From Basidiobolus meristosporus CBS 931.73 (taxonomy: Eukaryota; Fungi; Basidiobolomycota), in the NCBI GenBank assembly GCA_002104905.1, contig MCFE01000199.1, positions 62,001 through 126,000 on the forward strand: a stretch of DNA of 64,000 nucleotides, given 5' to 3'. Below the pieces are notes generated by a model. It saw nothing but the letters and a program-made list of their open reading frames with translations. It was not told the DNA's origin and ran no database searches. How positions within the stretch are numbered: the stretch's first letter is position 1; every line of letters begins with the position of its first letter. Both the position numbers and the translations under genes were made by a program. This document shows positions 13,454-27,173 of the stretch, piece by piece.

Positions 13454-15715
13454 TGCAGTGTTCCTCTGCTGTTACATCAAGAAATGGTCCAATTCTTGGT
13501 TGTGACATTGAACTACTTAAGTTCCTTCTGTGCAGCAAAGGTACTGCTTTCTCTACCTGGAATACTGATTGCTCTATTTGTATTATCTGCTCATCCTGTT
13601 TCTGTACTATTTCCTGATTTCTCTGGGCTATTGCATCTATTCTATCAGCCACTGTGCTTAGTAGATTCATTAAGGCTTTGGTATGAGCTGACAACATACT
13701 TGCTAATGTGGGTGGTGGTGATGTTATGACAGCCACTTACTGGTCTTCAACTGAGGGTTCCACCTATACTGCATTCTCATCTGCCTGAGCATAATGATCA
13801 GCTTCAGGCTCTGCAGAGGTTCTCAATTGCCTACTTGACTGAGAGCCTGAGAAGTCTGCATTATTACCTTCAGTGGGAACACTGTTAGCATGGCCTTTTT
13901 TGGATGTAGCCCTGCTGGTTGCACTGAATGCCAAAGCAAGCTGTTATCCAGCCATTCTTCTGCTGCCATCAGTGCTGGGGTTTAGTTGGGAACCAGACAA
14001 CTTTGCTTTATTTTTTGGTAGCATATATGTGGAAGTGATTCAAACCAAAGGGGAAAGAGTGTTACATATACAAGTGTATGTTGTGCCACAACTTTATTTA
14101 TAATGGTTACTATAATAGGTCATCAGTGAATTGTACATACATGTAGGTTCAATGTCTGAGATCAAGACTGTCTTGTATACACATGAGCATTGACCAAAAA
14201 CTGGTACAATAGCATAATATAGTTGAATGCTAAACTGTTTGCCCCATGGACAAGACTTCCTTGACTCAACGCCATAAGAGAAGAGAAAGAAGACCATGTG
14301 GCCATTGTAGCAAGTTTCTCAGCCATATATCATGCACACAGCGTAGGAAATATTACAAGGATCATGGCCACTGCTTTGCCACATCAGTCATATTTGACCA
14401 TTCATTGGTCACTACTGTACCCACATTAGCATGCAGGCCAGTTGATACTTCTATATTGGCACCTGGCTGTCTTTGTTACCTTGCACAAACTGAGTCAGGA
14501 GGGTTTGTGATGCCTTTAGGCTCACCTCAGCCTTCTGAATATGGCATGCAGAGTGATTGCTCTAACAAAGAAGGTTCAATGATGGATTGTGGGCCTATAT
14601 CCCCTAACAATAGTACTATGTATGAGCCCGGTCAAATTCCAATATGCAATGAGACAACACCTGTTGAAACAAATGCCAAGGATACTTTATGATGCCAAGT
14701 GAGCCCAGTAGTCTATCTACTGTTGGATGATGTAATGTTGTGGCTAGAGAAGTGGCATGTTTCCACTAATATCAGTAATGGGGGCTTTGAGGATTTATTA
14801 CAACTTCTTGCCAAAATCATTCCAGGATGCAGCTTACCATGTACATGGTACAAGTGGACAACCATCATGTGACTGGCAACATATGATCCATAGACTGACC
14901 TGATTCCTATATGTGTTAACAGTTGCATGGCATTCACATCCAAAAATGCTACCATTGCAATGCGTCCTAATTGTCAGAAATCCACCACTATCAAGGGAAG
15001 ATATTGTTCACACTCTGGGTATACTCTGGTAATACCCACTCTGAGGAAGCTGGTGCAGTCTAACAAATAGTGTAAAGCCTTACAGTACCGCACTCAGTAT
15101 CAATCCGGCTCAAATATATTCAATAGATTTGATTACAAACATTACAAACAGCTAAGAAGCAAGGGCTACTCTGAAGGTGTGTATGACCATGCCTTTGCCT
15201 TAGCACTTGATGAATTCTCAGTAAACAAGTACTCTACCAGCAAATCCTGCTAGCCACTAAATCCCATTAATCTGAATCTGCTGCTCACCTTATCATATCA
15301 GAGCAGTAATCTGATGGTAGTATCACTGGTATCTGGTCCTAAATCACAGTCCAACCTGGATAGCTACCTGTATTTGTTGCTGCATGAATTTTGTATACTT
15401 TCCAACATGATAACAGTACATGGCCATCATGTATAGCTCATATTATTATCTTCATTGGAGATACCCCAGCCATCAGCAAGATAGCTGGAGTTTCCAGGCA
15501 CAATGGACGGTATTGCTGATGAATGTGTTAGAACCAGTGGACTTACTACATAACTCCCACACATTATTATTACCCAGACACCAACACTAAGAACATCATC
15601 TTTCCACAGAGAGCACATACCAAAGTCAGCATGCAAATGCAGCAAACTTCACAAGCTATAAGCCATTGGCTGGAATATGAAAGCAATTGGAAACTGGAGA
15701 TACTCAAGATAGAGT
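13454..15715 (+). mobile_element. CACTA copy (5' part): ORF2 remnant on minus 13454-14030, Tnp2 transposase on plus from 14246; interrupted by Ty3 element A
   Basis: Co-linear with 23784-29392; SGPKSQSNLDSYLY, IGDTPAISKIAGVSRHNG. Confidence 0.82.
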
Positions 15716-16921
15716 TGTGGTAATGGAAAGTATTCCATTACAACAATATCTCTAAACCAGTATTTCACTCATTTCTTTATTTTGCTTTTTGCTATTGTAA
15801 CACACAAGTGAAAGATCAAGAATTTCAACTTTGAAGAACAAATGCTCCAGACCCTGAGAAGCAGTCCACCTAAGAATATTATGTCATACAGAACACGTAG
15901 TAGCCAACACATGTTTCAAATTGCAGCTCATTTGAAGCAGTACTTAAGGAGTTATGACCAAGAGAGTCCAATTATTATATATACTATGCCTTATTGCTAG
16001 GATTACTATGGTGGCTTTGATCGCATGTAACTTTTGAACCAGCCAATCAAATCACGTGATATATTTACAGGTGCTGCGCCTATGTCCGATCTCCACCACT
16101 GCAAAATTTTAGCTGTGTATCATGTGTATTGCTTGCGCAATTGCCCAAAAACTTTGATCCTTCAAAATTTTCATATATATAACTTTCCCAGCCGAAAAAT
16201 AAAGAGGGAGCCTCTCTTTCCAGAATCTCCACACTACAATTACAAGTTTAAAGGTTATAGGACTTCCCCTGCATCACTTGCACTGTTGAGTATTCTGACT
16301 TTGACTGGTACTAAATCAGTAAAGAGACTGCAAAGCTCACAAGAATCCAATCTAAGTTCTACAAGAAACTACCACTTTTCTGTTGGAAAAGTCCCCTCTA
16401 AGAAAGCCCTTTACCCTTAAGAAGCCCCTTTAGGCACCCCTTTAGTGTAAAGTCCACTTTAGAGACCACTACAAGAAGCCCCTTTACTCTAAAGACACCC
16501 CTTTAGAGACTTCTACAACACACCTCTTTAGGTTAAAGGGGAGTTCAGAATTCCCATATTAGAAAATATTTTCTCAGAAAGGAAAGTGACTTCCAAATAA
16601 GGAAAAGTTACTATAAAAGTAAACAAGCCCATTAGTCAACAGAAGGTCAGAACACTGCTGTAGAAGTGATAGACATTGCCTACAGTATATTTTGAGCCTA
16701 AGATTGAGGAAATTAGTGAAAGTTATATCTTCTATCAGTATATCAAACTCCCAATAAACTATTTCAGTATTAGCATATCGGAAGTTGTTGTATATTGTTG
16801 ATTAGCCTCTACATTGTAGAAAAAGCCCCAAACTAATCATAATACAACACAACACAAATTTGGTGGAGGACCTGGGTAGTTTGAGCCTTACACTATACAA
16901 GCATCAAGAAACATTACAAGA

Positions 16922-18710
16922 ATGACCAATACACCACTCCCAGATTTAATTGCCACTTTTAAAGGTGCCATTCCAGTAAAATTCTCAGGAGAGAATGTTA
17001 CTGAGTTTCTAGAAGAGTTTCACAATATAGCTGCAGCATTTGAGCTATCACACAAGAACAAAATCTAGTTGTTTCCCTTTCTCTGTGAAGTTGAAGTATC
17101 AAGATTCTTACAAAGTTTGGACCCATTTAAGATATCTGTTGGCACTAACTATTACTGGGACACTGCTCAACAAGCTATCTTAGCTGAGTACCAAAAGGAA
17201 GCACAGTTTGTCACACTAAATGAGCTAGAAATACCTTACAACAAGACCCAACCCTTGCAGAAGTACATTCAAATGTTTGAGTCAAAAGCAAGGCATGTTG
17301 AAGCAGCTATTGGAACTCAAAGACTTTATCAAAGAAGCTATTTTCTGATGAATATGCCTCCTGAAATACATAATGCCATTAATATTCAAATGAAAATTTC
17401 CACTCCAGCTAAACAAATTCTTCATTGTACAAATAACCCACAAAGTGATCTGGTTAATAGACTTGTTCCGTTGGATAGTGCCACATTGAGCCATGAGTGC
17501 CAAATGATGCCATAGTGTGCCAGAGAGGCCAAGTGAGCCTATACTTGGCCACAGAGTGTGAAACATAGCTCTGCATCTTCATGTAAAGCAGCCCCTGTGT
17601 TTCACCCATTGCGCAGGAGAAAAATCATTTTTCGACCTTTTTTTGTGGAGCAATGTAGATCAGGATGTGTAAGAGCACAGGAGAACTGAAGATATGAATC
17701 TGGTACTCAATACCCACGGCACTCTGAATCTAGCTCCTGTAGCTTGTATCATGTCACAAAAATGAATGGCACTATCTTGGTCCACTGGTACTATCTGGCA
17801 CTATAAGTGCTTTGTATAGATCTTACTTTAGGGCTAATATTTAAATATAGTGCCAGATAGTACCAGTGGACCAAGATAGTGCCATTCATTTTTGTGACAT
17901 GATACAAGCCACAGGAGCTAGATTCAGAGTGCCATGGGTATTGAGTACCAGATGCATATCTTCAGTTCTCCTGTGCTCTTACACATCCTGATCTACATTG
18001 ATCCACAAAAAAAGGTCGAAAATGGATTTTCTCCTGCGCAATGGGTGAAACACAGGGGCTGCTTTGCATGAAGATGCAGAGCTACGTTTCACACTCTGTG
18101 GCCAAGTATAGGCTCACTTGGCCTCTCTGGCACACTCTGGCATCATTTGGCACTCATGGCTCAATGTGGCACTATCCAACAGAACAAGTCTAATGAATTA
18201 ATTGATGCATTAGGAAAACTGATGCTTAAGTTGGACTCTCAAAGTGTACCATCATCAAGCATCAACAAGGCAAGACCAGAAAATCCCAAAACAACCAGTA
18301 ATTATCCACAGCAAACCAAATATTGTGTGTACTGTGACTCCGCTGAGCATAGCTGTTATGGTTGTCAAATATTGAATATTGATATTGACAGTCATAAGGT
18401 TATGATTGATTGTTATGGGAAGATCTGTGATATTGCTGGAAACCCCTTGCCTATCAACAGAGGTTATGGTGGAATGAGGTTCTATGTACTTGCTCAAGAA
18501 GTATCAAGTAAAAGCACCAAGACATCAAATTTCATACAAATCCAAAAGACTGCAGAAATTCTAAGCAATGAACGTTACATACTCACAATATCAGATCCAT
18601 CAGGGCAGGTCCAAAAATATCTAATGGAAAAAGAGGGAGTTGAAGAGTTTAATTGGCTTATTGATAAGAGAAAGTATGTTTCTACAGAGAACAATCCTAA
18701 AAAAGTGTGA
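16922..18710 (+). pseudogene. gag: Element A gag, split by the foldback insertion
   Basis: KFSGENVTEFLEEF motif; CVYCDSAEHSCYGC knuckle; removing 17459-18191 and one AAT restores the frame (SDLVN-ELIDAL). Confidence 0.85.
17459..18191. mobile_element. 733-bp foldback/MITE-like element: ~346-bp inverted arms, 40-bp spacer, 3-bp TSD AAT
   Basis: 17459-17805 is the near-perfect reverse complement of 17846-18191; termini AGACTTGTTC/GAACAAGTCT; AAT at 17456-58 and 18192-94. Confidence 0.93.
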
Positions 18711-18877
18711 CCAACAAATGAAATCAGCCAATTGTTGAAATCCCAGTACAGCCAGAAACATCAAAAATCCAAAAACAACACTTGCAATCTCAATCTAAGT
18801 ATGACACTACTGCAATGACACAGAAAGTTATTGACAAATTCTGAAAATCTCCATTTCCACAACTTACAAATCAAGAA

Positions 18878-21800
18878 ATGTTCACTGCTATCAACAATCT
18901 CAGTCAACTACTACCTATGAAAAAGATATCCTGGGGGAATTATCAAGAACAGTCATCAACAACATTCTCAAGTGAACAACTACAATTTGAAGTGGAAAAA
19001 GCCTTTTACTCTATTACAACAGGAAGCTATGCTGCTACAATCAACAAGGTTGAAGTGGAATGTGTTTTTGATTGTGGATCAGAAATCAATGCTATCACCA
19101 CTATGACTTTTGCAAAAATCAAATTACCATTGACAGAAGTTGACTGGAATATGAGAACTGCTACAGGTTCAACAGAGAAGATGCTTGGACTTTGTCACTC
19201 TGTACCAATTGAAATTGGAGGAATCAGGGTTACTTCTCCCTTTTTCATTGTTGTCAATGGACTCACTTTTGAGGTATTGTTGGGACAACTATATACAAGA
19301 AAATCTCTTCTACAAGCTGATAATAGACCTGATGGAAGCTTATGGCTGACAATCACATCTGACAATCAAAAAAGAAGGGCAACCTTTTGTGCAGCAGAAG
19401 AGAATAATCCAAGAAATGCAGACTCCTTTCCAGTACAAAACATACAGGTTTATAAGGATATTTTGTTTTATGATCAACACTTCATTCCATCAACAACAAG
19501 TAAGACAAATACCAAGTATTAGCCAGTTACATTGAAAGCAAAGCCAGTATCTACTGGAATCTCACCATCTGCCCATGACAATCCTCAAATGGAGCCTTTG
19601 CACAAATATGACAAAATCAGACTCACAGAAGAGAAGCTCAAGGAGTTGGCTATTGGGACTACTCTTTCCACTGAGGAGAAAAGTCTCTTTTTGACTATGT
19701 TACAACGCTATGACAATGTCTTTGCATTTAATGATGCACAAAGAGGATGTTTATCCACAGAGCTATTTCCACTGGTTAAGATCCATACTGTTGAACATAC
19801 GCCATGGGCACTGAGATCATATCCTATTCCCTCAAGATTACTGAGCAAAGTAATTGAAATGCTACAATCAAGATTTCAAAGTGGAGTCATTCAATATAGC
19901 TATGGACCTTATCACAATCCCTGGTTTACACCGTTGAAGAAAAATGTAAGTCTACGGTTTATTCAAGATGTACAGCATTTGAATAAGGTCACCATCAAAG
20001 ATGCTATGCAACCACCCATACAACATGAGTATATAGAGTCATTTACTGGATATCCTCTGATTACAACATTGGATCTTTATTCAGGATATGACCAAATACT
20101 TCTGGATCCTACCTCAAGAGATCTCACTGCTATGGATACACCAATAGGACTCATAAGGATGACAAGAATTCCTCAAGGATGGACATACTCTGTCCAAAAT
20201 TATAAACGTGCAATGATTTGAGTTTTGGATGACTGTTTCCCCAAAATATGCCAACCATTTCTTGATGGCATTGCAGTTAAGAATAAGTCCAGAGAAAAAG
20301 ATACATTGCATGTCTTACCTCAAGTAAGAAGATATGTTTATGATCACATATGCACTGTTGAAAGGGTCATGAAGGAACTTCAAGCTTCTGGTCTGACTGT
20401 ATCAGGAGCCAAATGCAAGTTTGGCTACAACAAAGCAATCATTCTAGATGAACTTGTTACTGAAAAAGGGAGATTGCCTGATCCTGCAAAACTTTCATTG
20501 GCACTAAATTGGAAGCCACCAAGGAATATTCACCAAGTCAGACAATTATTAGGACTTACTGGTCTATTCAGAATCTGGATCAAGAACTATGCTCAAATTG
20601 CTAAGCCACTGACTCAGTTATTACAGAAAAACCAGAAATTTGAACGGCATGAAGAACAGGCAAATGCTATGTTAACATTGCTTGTGTCACTATCCAAGCC
20701 ACCTGTCTTAGCAGCTATAGACTACAGTGTTATTGATTCACAACCAATCATTGTATCAGTTGATAGCTCTGGAATTGGGGTTGGTGGAATCATGATTCAA
20801 GTTTCAAAAGATCATCATCAACAACCTTGCAAATATCTTAGTAGACTATTCAAAGGGAATGAGCTTAACTATCCATCTATCAAGAAAGAAGCACTGGGAG
20901 TACTCTATGTACTCAAAAAGCTAAAGCCATACTTATTAGGAGTACACTTCACACTGGAGGTTGATGCCAAGCCATTATCAGGAATGTTGAATAAGTTGGA
21001 GCTTTTGCCTGATCTTATTCTAGCACGGTGGATATCATACATCCATATCTTTGACTTTATGCTGCAACACGTACCAGGAGCCAATCACAAAGGACTTGAT
21101 GCCTTATCTAGAAAGCAACCAAATTCACCGTACTCAACTGATGATGATGAGATTGATGAGTTTCTTGAAAAACTAGTCTTGGATTCCCATTCAGACATAT
21201 GATACAAAGCAATTATCAACAAATCAAGGAATTTCTTACATCACTCAATGTTCCTGCTGATATTCCCACAAATCAACGCACAACTTTTAAAAAGAAGGCT
21301 CTGAAGTTTTTACTGCATGATAGCACACTTTTCAGGAAAAGCAAACATGGAGTTCCTCAATGGTATATACATAACAAGCATGATCAAGCAAAGATCATTC
21401 AAGAATTGCATGAATCTCAATCATGAGGTCATAAGGGAATTACATCAACATATGCAAAAATCTCCTTACAGTATTTTTGGCCAATGCTGTACACCAACAC
21501 AAAAGAATATGTGAAATCATGTATTCCATGTCAAAGAAGAGACAACCAAAAGATGCATGAACCACTTCACAGTATATACACATCTTATGCTTGGTAAATT
21601 GCACATGTAGATATTACACATTTACCAAGGGCAACAGCTGGGTGTAAGTATGTAGTGGACTGTTGTGATAACTTTACTGGTTGGATTGAGGCTAGAATGC
21701 TGAAACAAGCCAATGCAAAAGCAGTAGCAAGATTTCTCAAAGAAGATGTATATCTCAGACATGATTCAGTTGGCACCCTTATTGCAGACAATGGAGAATG

Positions 21801-22440
21801 TGGATCTTATGAAATACAAGCACTAGCAACAAAGCATGGAACCAAGCTTTTACATACTACACCATATCACCCACAAGCAAATTCACTAGTTGAACGTGGA
21901 CATTCTGCTTTTGCAAACACATTAGCAAAGCTTAGCTATGAAGAACCAAACAAGTGGGCAAATAACTTTCATGCAGCAATTTGGGCTGATAGAGTTATGG
22001 TTAAAAGAAGTACAGGGTTTACACCATTTCCTTTAATATATGGACATGAAGTTGTTTTGCAAATAGACATATCTCTTGAAAATTGGCTTACCCTCCCATG
22101 GAAACCAACCATGACAACATCAGAGCTATTGCTAGCAAGAGTACAACAGATTCAACAAGCGCACACTCTACACCAAAATGCAACAGAAAACCTGAAGAAA
22201 TCCAGAATGGCTGGCCAGGAGTACTTTGATGCTCAAAAATGCCTAAGAAAAACATTGTTAGAAGTAGGTGAGTTGATACTACTTCACAACACAAAAAGCC
22301 AAAGAAACAAGGCATCCAAGCTGGATATGTAATGGCAAGGTCCCTACAAGATCATACATGCAAATAAAAATGGATCTTACAAACTAGCAGAACTTGACGG
22401 TACACCACTTGCACTGACACAACCTGGTGACAGATGAAAG
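18878..22440 (+). pseudogene. pol: Element A pol (PR, RT, RH, IN) with in-frame stops and frameshifts
   Basis: VFDCGSEIN protease; DLYSGYDQI, MTRIPQGW, FLDG (from F.DD); VSVDSS, KEALGV RNase H; GWIEAR, YHPQANSLVERGH integrase. Confidence 0.92.
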
Positions 22441-23329
22441 AAGTTCCATATCAGAAGTAAACATGAGGGCATTATTTCTCAAAGTTAGGGGAGACTTGTG
22501 GTATTGGAAAGTATTCCATTACTACAATATCTCTAAACTAATATTGCACTCATTTCTTTATTTTGCTTTTTGCTATTCTAACACACAAGTGAAAGATTAA
22601 GAATTTCAAACTTTGAAGAACAAATGCTCCAGACCCTGACAAGCAATCCACCCAAGAATATTATGTCATACAGAACACGCAGTAGCCAATACATGTTTCA
22701 AATTGCAGCTCATTTGAAGTAGTACTTAAGGAGTTATGATCAAAAGAGTCCAATTATTATATATACTATGCCTTATTGCTAGGATTACTATGGTGGCTTT
22801 GATTGCATGTAACTTTCGAACCAGCCAATCAAATCACGTGATATTTTTGCAGGTGCTGCGCCTATGTCTGATCTGTGCCACTGCAGAGTTTTAGCTTTGT
22901 ATCACGTGTATTGCTTGCGCAATCACCCAAAAACTTTGATCCTTCAGATTTTTCATATATATAACTTTCCCAGCTGAAAAATAAAGAGGGAGTCTCTCTT
23001 TCCAGAATCTCCACACTACAATTACAAGTTTAAAGGTTATAGGACTTCCCCTGCATCACTTGCACTGTTGAGTATTCTGACTTTGATTGATACTAAATCA
23101 GTAAAGAGACTGCAAAGCTCACAAGAATCCAATCTAAGTTCTACAAGAAACTACCACTTTTCTGTTGGAAAAGTCCCCTCTAAGACACCCCTTTACTCTA
23201 AAGAAGCCCCTTTAGGCACCCCTTTAGTGTAAAGTCCACTTTAGAGACCACTACAAGAAGCCCCTTTACTCTAAAGACACCACTTTAGACAACCCTTTAG
23301 GTCTAGAGACCCCAGAGAAATTTAATTGA

Positions 23330-23783
23330 AATGGCAAGTTTTCAAACAGTAGCTGCTGCCCTAAGTACTTCTCACAAGCTCCAACCAATATTCATACATA
23401 TATGCGACAATACAAATGCAACAACTGGATGAAATGAATATGTATTTATTGAAGTGGTATTCTGAAGCCAGTCCTACCAAGAGTACATTGGAAGCATTGG
23501 TAGTCATATGTGGACATTCTTGAAATATTTATCCAGAAGAGGATCACTAATGCCAACTTGATGCATCTACAGCTGTTTTGCAAGGAGTTTGTGATGGGAT
23601 CTGAATGGCTATACTACAACATATAGCAGAATGCATAAATCTCTGATGCAACTGTATTCATTCTCTACTCCATCTTGCATGGTGTGTGGAGAATATTAGG
23701 CCTTGCTTCATCTTTGGGAATATCCTATGGAGCAGATGTGTGGGGAGATAAGAAGACAAGTCAAGTGGCAGGTACTACCATAT
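23330..23783 (+). mobile_element. Continuation of host CACTA transposase (C-terminal region), left of the nested copy
   Basis: HSLLHLAWCVENIRPCF...PMEQMCG motif; joins 29393 once the nested element and TAT TSD are removed (VLPY-PNLIKNI). Confidence 0.8.
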
Positions 23784-24699
23784 CCCTATGAAGAATTATT
23801 TGGTCCTGCAGGTGGATCTGATCCAGATCATCCGTCAAGATCCCATTTAGAGACCATCATAATAACAGCAGCTTGGAATTAGTGACCCTCATGACAATCT
23901 TATAACAAGATCATGACAGAGTTTTGCAAATTTTACAGCCAAATAAAGGGATTAAACTTGACAATTTTTGATTGGTGCTGTGAGAATATTTGCATAGTAT
24001 TGTTGCAGTCTTTCAACGCTCTATTACTATTTTAAGTGGATCCAGTTGGCCAGAACTTCCAATTGCCTTATATGGCAAGAAACTTGATGGTATTTTGACA
24101 GCCTCACAGCATGACTATGAGGGCTTTTTTTTGGCAGTATGATGGCCTGCCGCTGGTTCTGTTTAATGCTACCGTACTAACTTACCAAATGGTATTTCCT
24201 TTTTCTACCTCCCCTTGTGCAATTCATTTACTCCACTGTAGAATCACCTTTCTTTATTTGCTACCCACTACTACCTTGGGTATTCCACATATAGTTTGAA
24301 TCAAAAAAAGCTATGGCCTCCTGCTTACTACCTCTACAAACGCGCACACCTGCCACAACTGACATACTTCTATCACCTCAGCTTTACAGCATTTTAGTGT
24401 GATACTTGCAAAGTTGCCATATACCTTGTACTGCTGGTAGCATATACATCTTTTAAATATATGCTTGGTTGCTGCCACTTCTGCCATGAATACCTCCTGA
24501 ATATTGGCAAAGAACTTCTCAGTATTTAGCCAATATATTCCTTCTCCCTGCTGGATTCTACTCCCCCTTATAGGTGCATTCTGGTTTTTGTTTATGTGAA
24601 TTCTCTATTGAATGGTGTAGAAGTTGGCTTGTGACCATGAAGAATTCAGCATATCTTGGTAGAGTTTCCTGATAAAAATCAGTTGCTTGTTGCACCCAA

Positions 24700-27000
24700 C
24701 CCAACTTTGCATTACTTAGCTGATTACCTACGCATTGGGGCTGCTTAGCTTCTTAATGCCATAGGCATAGGTGTCTCCATGTGCACATTTGTCCTCAGTA
24801 TTTTCCAACTCTTTCTGGCTGTCCTCCATGTGCCAACTCTTCATATCCATGACAGACTTAAAGGTAATATTCTTGATGAGATTGGGATATGGTAGTACCA
24901 GCAACTTGACTTGTCTTCCTATCTCCCCACACATCCGCTCCATAGGTAACTCCCAAAAGGTCAAGCAAGGCCCAATATTCTCCACACACCATGCAAGATG
25001 GAGTAGAAAATGGATACAGTAGCAGCAGAGATCTATGCACTCAGCTTTATGTTTGTAGTAAAGCCACTCAAATCCTGTCACAAACTCCTCACACAACAGC
25101 TGTAGATGTGTCAAGTTGGCATTGGTGATCTGCTTCTGCATAAATATTCCTACAATGTCCACATATGACTCCCACTGTTTCCAAAATACTCTTGGTAGGA
25201 ATGGCTTCAGAACACCACTTGAATAAATACATATCCAGTTCATCCAATCTCTGCATTTGTATTGTCACATATGCGTATGAATATTAATTGGAGCCTGTGA
25301 GAAGTACTAAGGGTTGCAGATACTCTGTAATATCTTGTCAATTTTTTCAAATTTATCTGGTATCTCAAAGGGTTCATTTAGCTTGAAATGCCCCATGTAC
25401 AACTTGGTCATCAGTTAGGGATATTGTTGAAATGCAAATGCATTGATCCCAGTGGAATGCTTTTGCTCCAACAGATACCCTCTATCTTACATATCTCTGG
25501 TTTCCAATTGATTCCATATTCCAGCCAATGGCTTATAGCTTGCCAACTTTGCTTCATTTGCATACTTACTTCTGTACATACTCTCTGTGGAGAGAGAATG
25601 TTCTTAGTGCTGGTGCTTGGGTGATAATAATGTGTGTGAGTTATGGAGTAAATCCCCTGGATCTCACGCATTCAACAGCAATACTGTCCATTGTGCCCAG
25701 AAAAACCTGCTATCTTGCTGATGGCTGGGGTATCTCCAATGCAGATAATAATATGCGCTTTTACATGATGGTCATATACCATTATCCTGCTGGAAAGCAT
25801 ACAAAATTCATCCAGCAATGGATACAGGTAGCTATCCAGGTTGGACAGTGATTTAGGCCCAGATAGCAGTGAGACTACCATCAGATTATTGCTCTGATAC
25901 TGTAAGATAGGCAAAGATTTGGATCAATGAGAATCACTGGCTAGCAGGATTTGCTGGCAGAGTACTTGTTTAATGAGAATCCATCAAGTGCTAAAGCAAA
26001 GGCATGGTCCTACATACATTCAAAGTAGCCCTTGCTTTGTAGCTGTTTGTAATGATTGCCATCAAATATATTGGATATGCTTGCACTTGACTGATACTGA
26101 GCACAGTACTGTATTGCTTTGCAATATTTGTTGGACTGCATCAGCTTCCTCAGACAGGGTATGACCAGAATATATCCAGAGTGTGAACAATGTTTTCTCT
26201 CAATGGTGGTGGACTTCTGACAATTTTGACACATTGCAATGGTAGAATTTAGGGCTAAGATGTGAATGCCATGCAACTGTTAAAACATGCTGGAATCAGG
26301 ACAGTCTCTGGATCATATGTTGCCAGCTGCATGACAGCTGTCCACTTGTACCATGTACATGGTAAGTTGCATCCTGGTATGATTTTGGCAAGAAGTAGTA
26401 ATAAATCCTCAAAGCCCCCATTACTAATATTAGTGGAAATGCACCACTTCTCAAGCCACAACATTACATCATTCACCGTAGATGAATTACTGAGCTTACT
26501 TGGCTCCATAAAGTATCCTTGGTACTTGTTTCAATGGGTGTTGTCTCATTGCATGTAGGGATTTGACCAGGCTCATAAGTGGTACTGTTGTTAGGGGAGA
26601 TAGGCTCAAAATCATCAGTGAACCTTCTTCATCAGAGCTATCACTCTGCATGCCATATTCAGAGGACTGAGGTTAGCCTAAAGGCATCACAAACTCACCT
26701 GACTCAGTTTGCTCAAGGTGACAAAGACAGCCAGGTGCTAATATAGAAGTATCAACTGGCTAGCAAGATAATGTTGGTACAGTAGTGACCAATGAATGGT
26801 CAAATATGACTTGGGTGGCACAACACTGGCCGTGATCCTTGTAATACTTCCTATGCTGTCTACATGCTTCATGGCTGAGAGGCTTGCCACAATAGCCACA
26901 TGGTCTTTTTTCTCTTCTCTTATGGCATTGAGTCAAAGTAGTCTTGTCCATGGGGCAAACAGTTTGACCTTCAACAACATAATGCTATTTTATCACTTTT
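24700..27000 (-). pseudogene. CACTA Tnp2-type transposase (Transposase_21/DUF4218-like), fragmented
   Basis: SGPKSLSNLDSYLYPLLDEF, IGDTPAISKIAGFSGHNGQYCC, HFLLHLAWCVENIGPCLTFWELPMERMCG. Confidence 0.87.
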
Positions 27001-27173
27001 TGATCAATACTCATGTGAACTTAAGACAGTCTTGTACTTGAGACATTGCAACTACATGAATGTAAGATTCAATAATGACCTGCCATAGTAAGCATTATAA
27101 ATAAAGTTGTGGGACCACATACACATGTATATGTAACACTATTTCCCCTTTGGTGTGACTCACTTCCATATAT

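Larger units (their letters stand above)
15716..23290 (+). mobile_element. Ty3/Gypsy element A, degenerate; 5' LTR 15716-~16856, 3' LTR 22497-~23290 (truncated)
   Basis: Two long direct repeats starting TGTGG; PPT-like GTTAGGGGAGA before the 3' LTR; PBS-like TGGTGGAGG at 16861 (tRNA-Ala-like); gag-PR-RT-RH-IN order. Confidence 0.92.

Noticed and set aside
16385-16535. CRISPR-like array
   Set aside because: Short degenerate motifs without constant repeat/spacer lengths, inside an LTR, no cas genes
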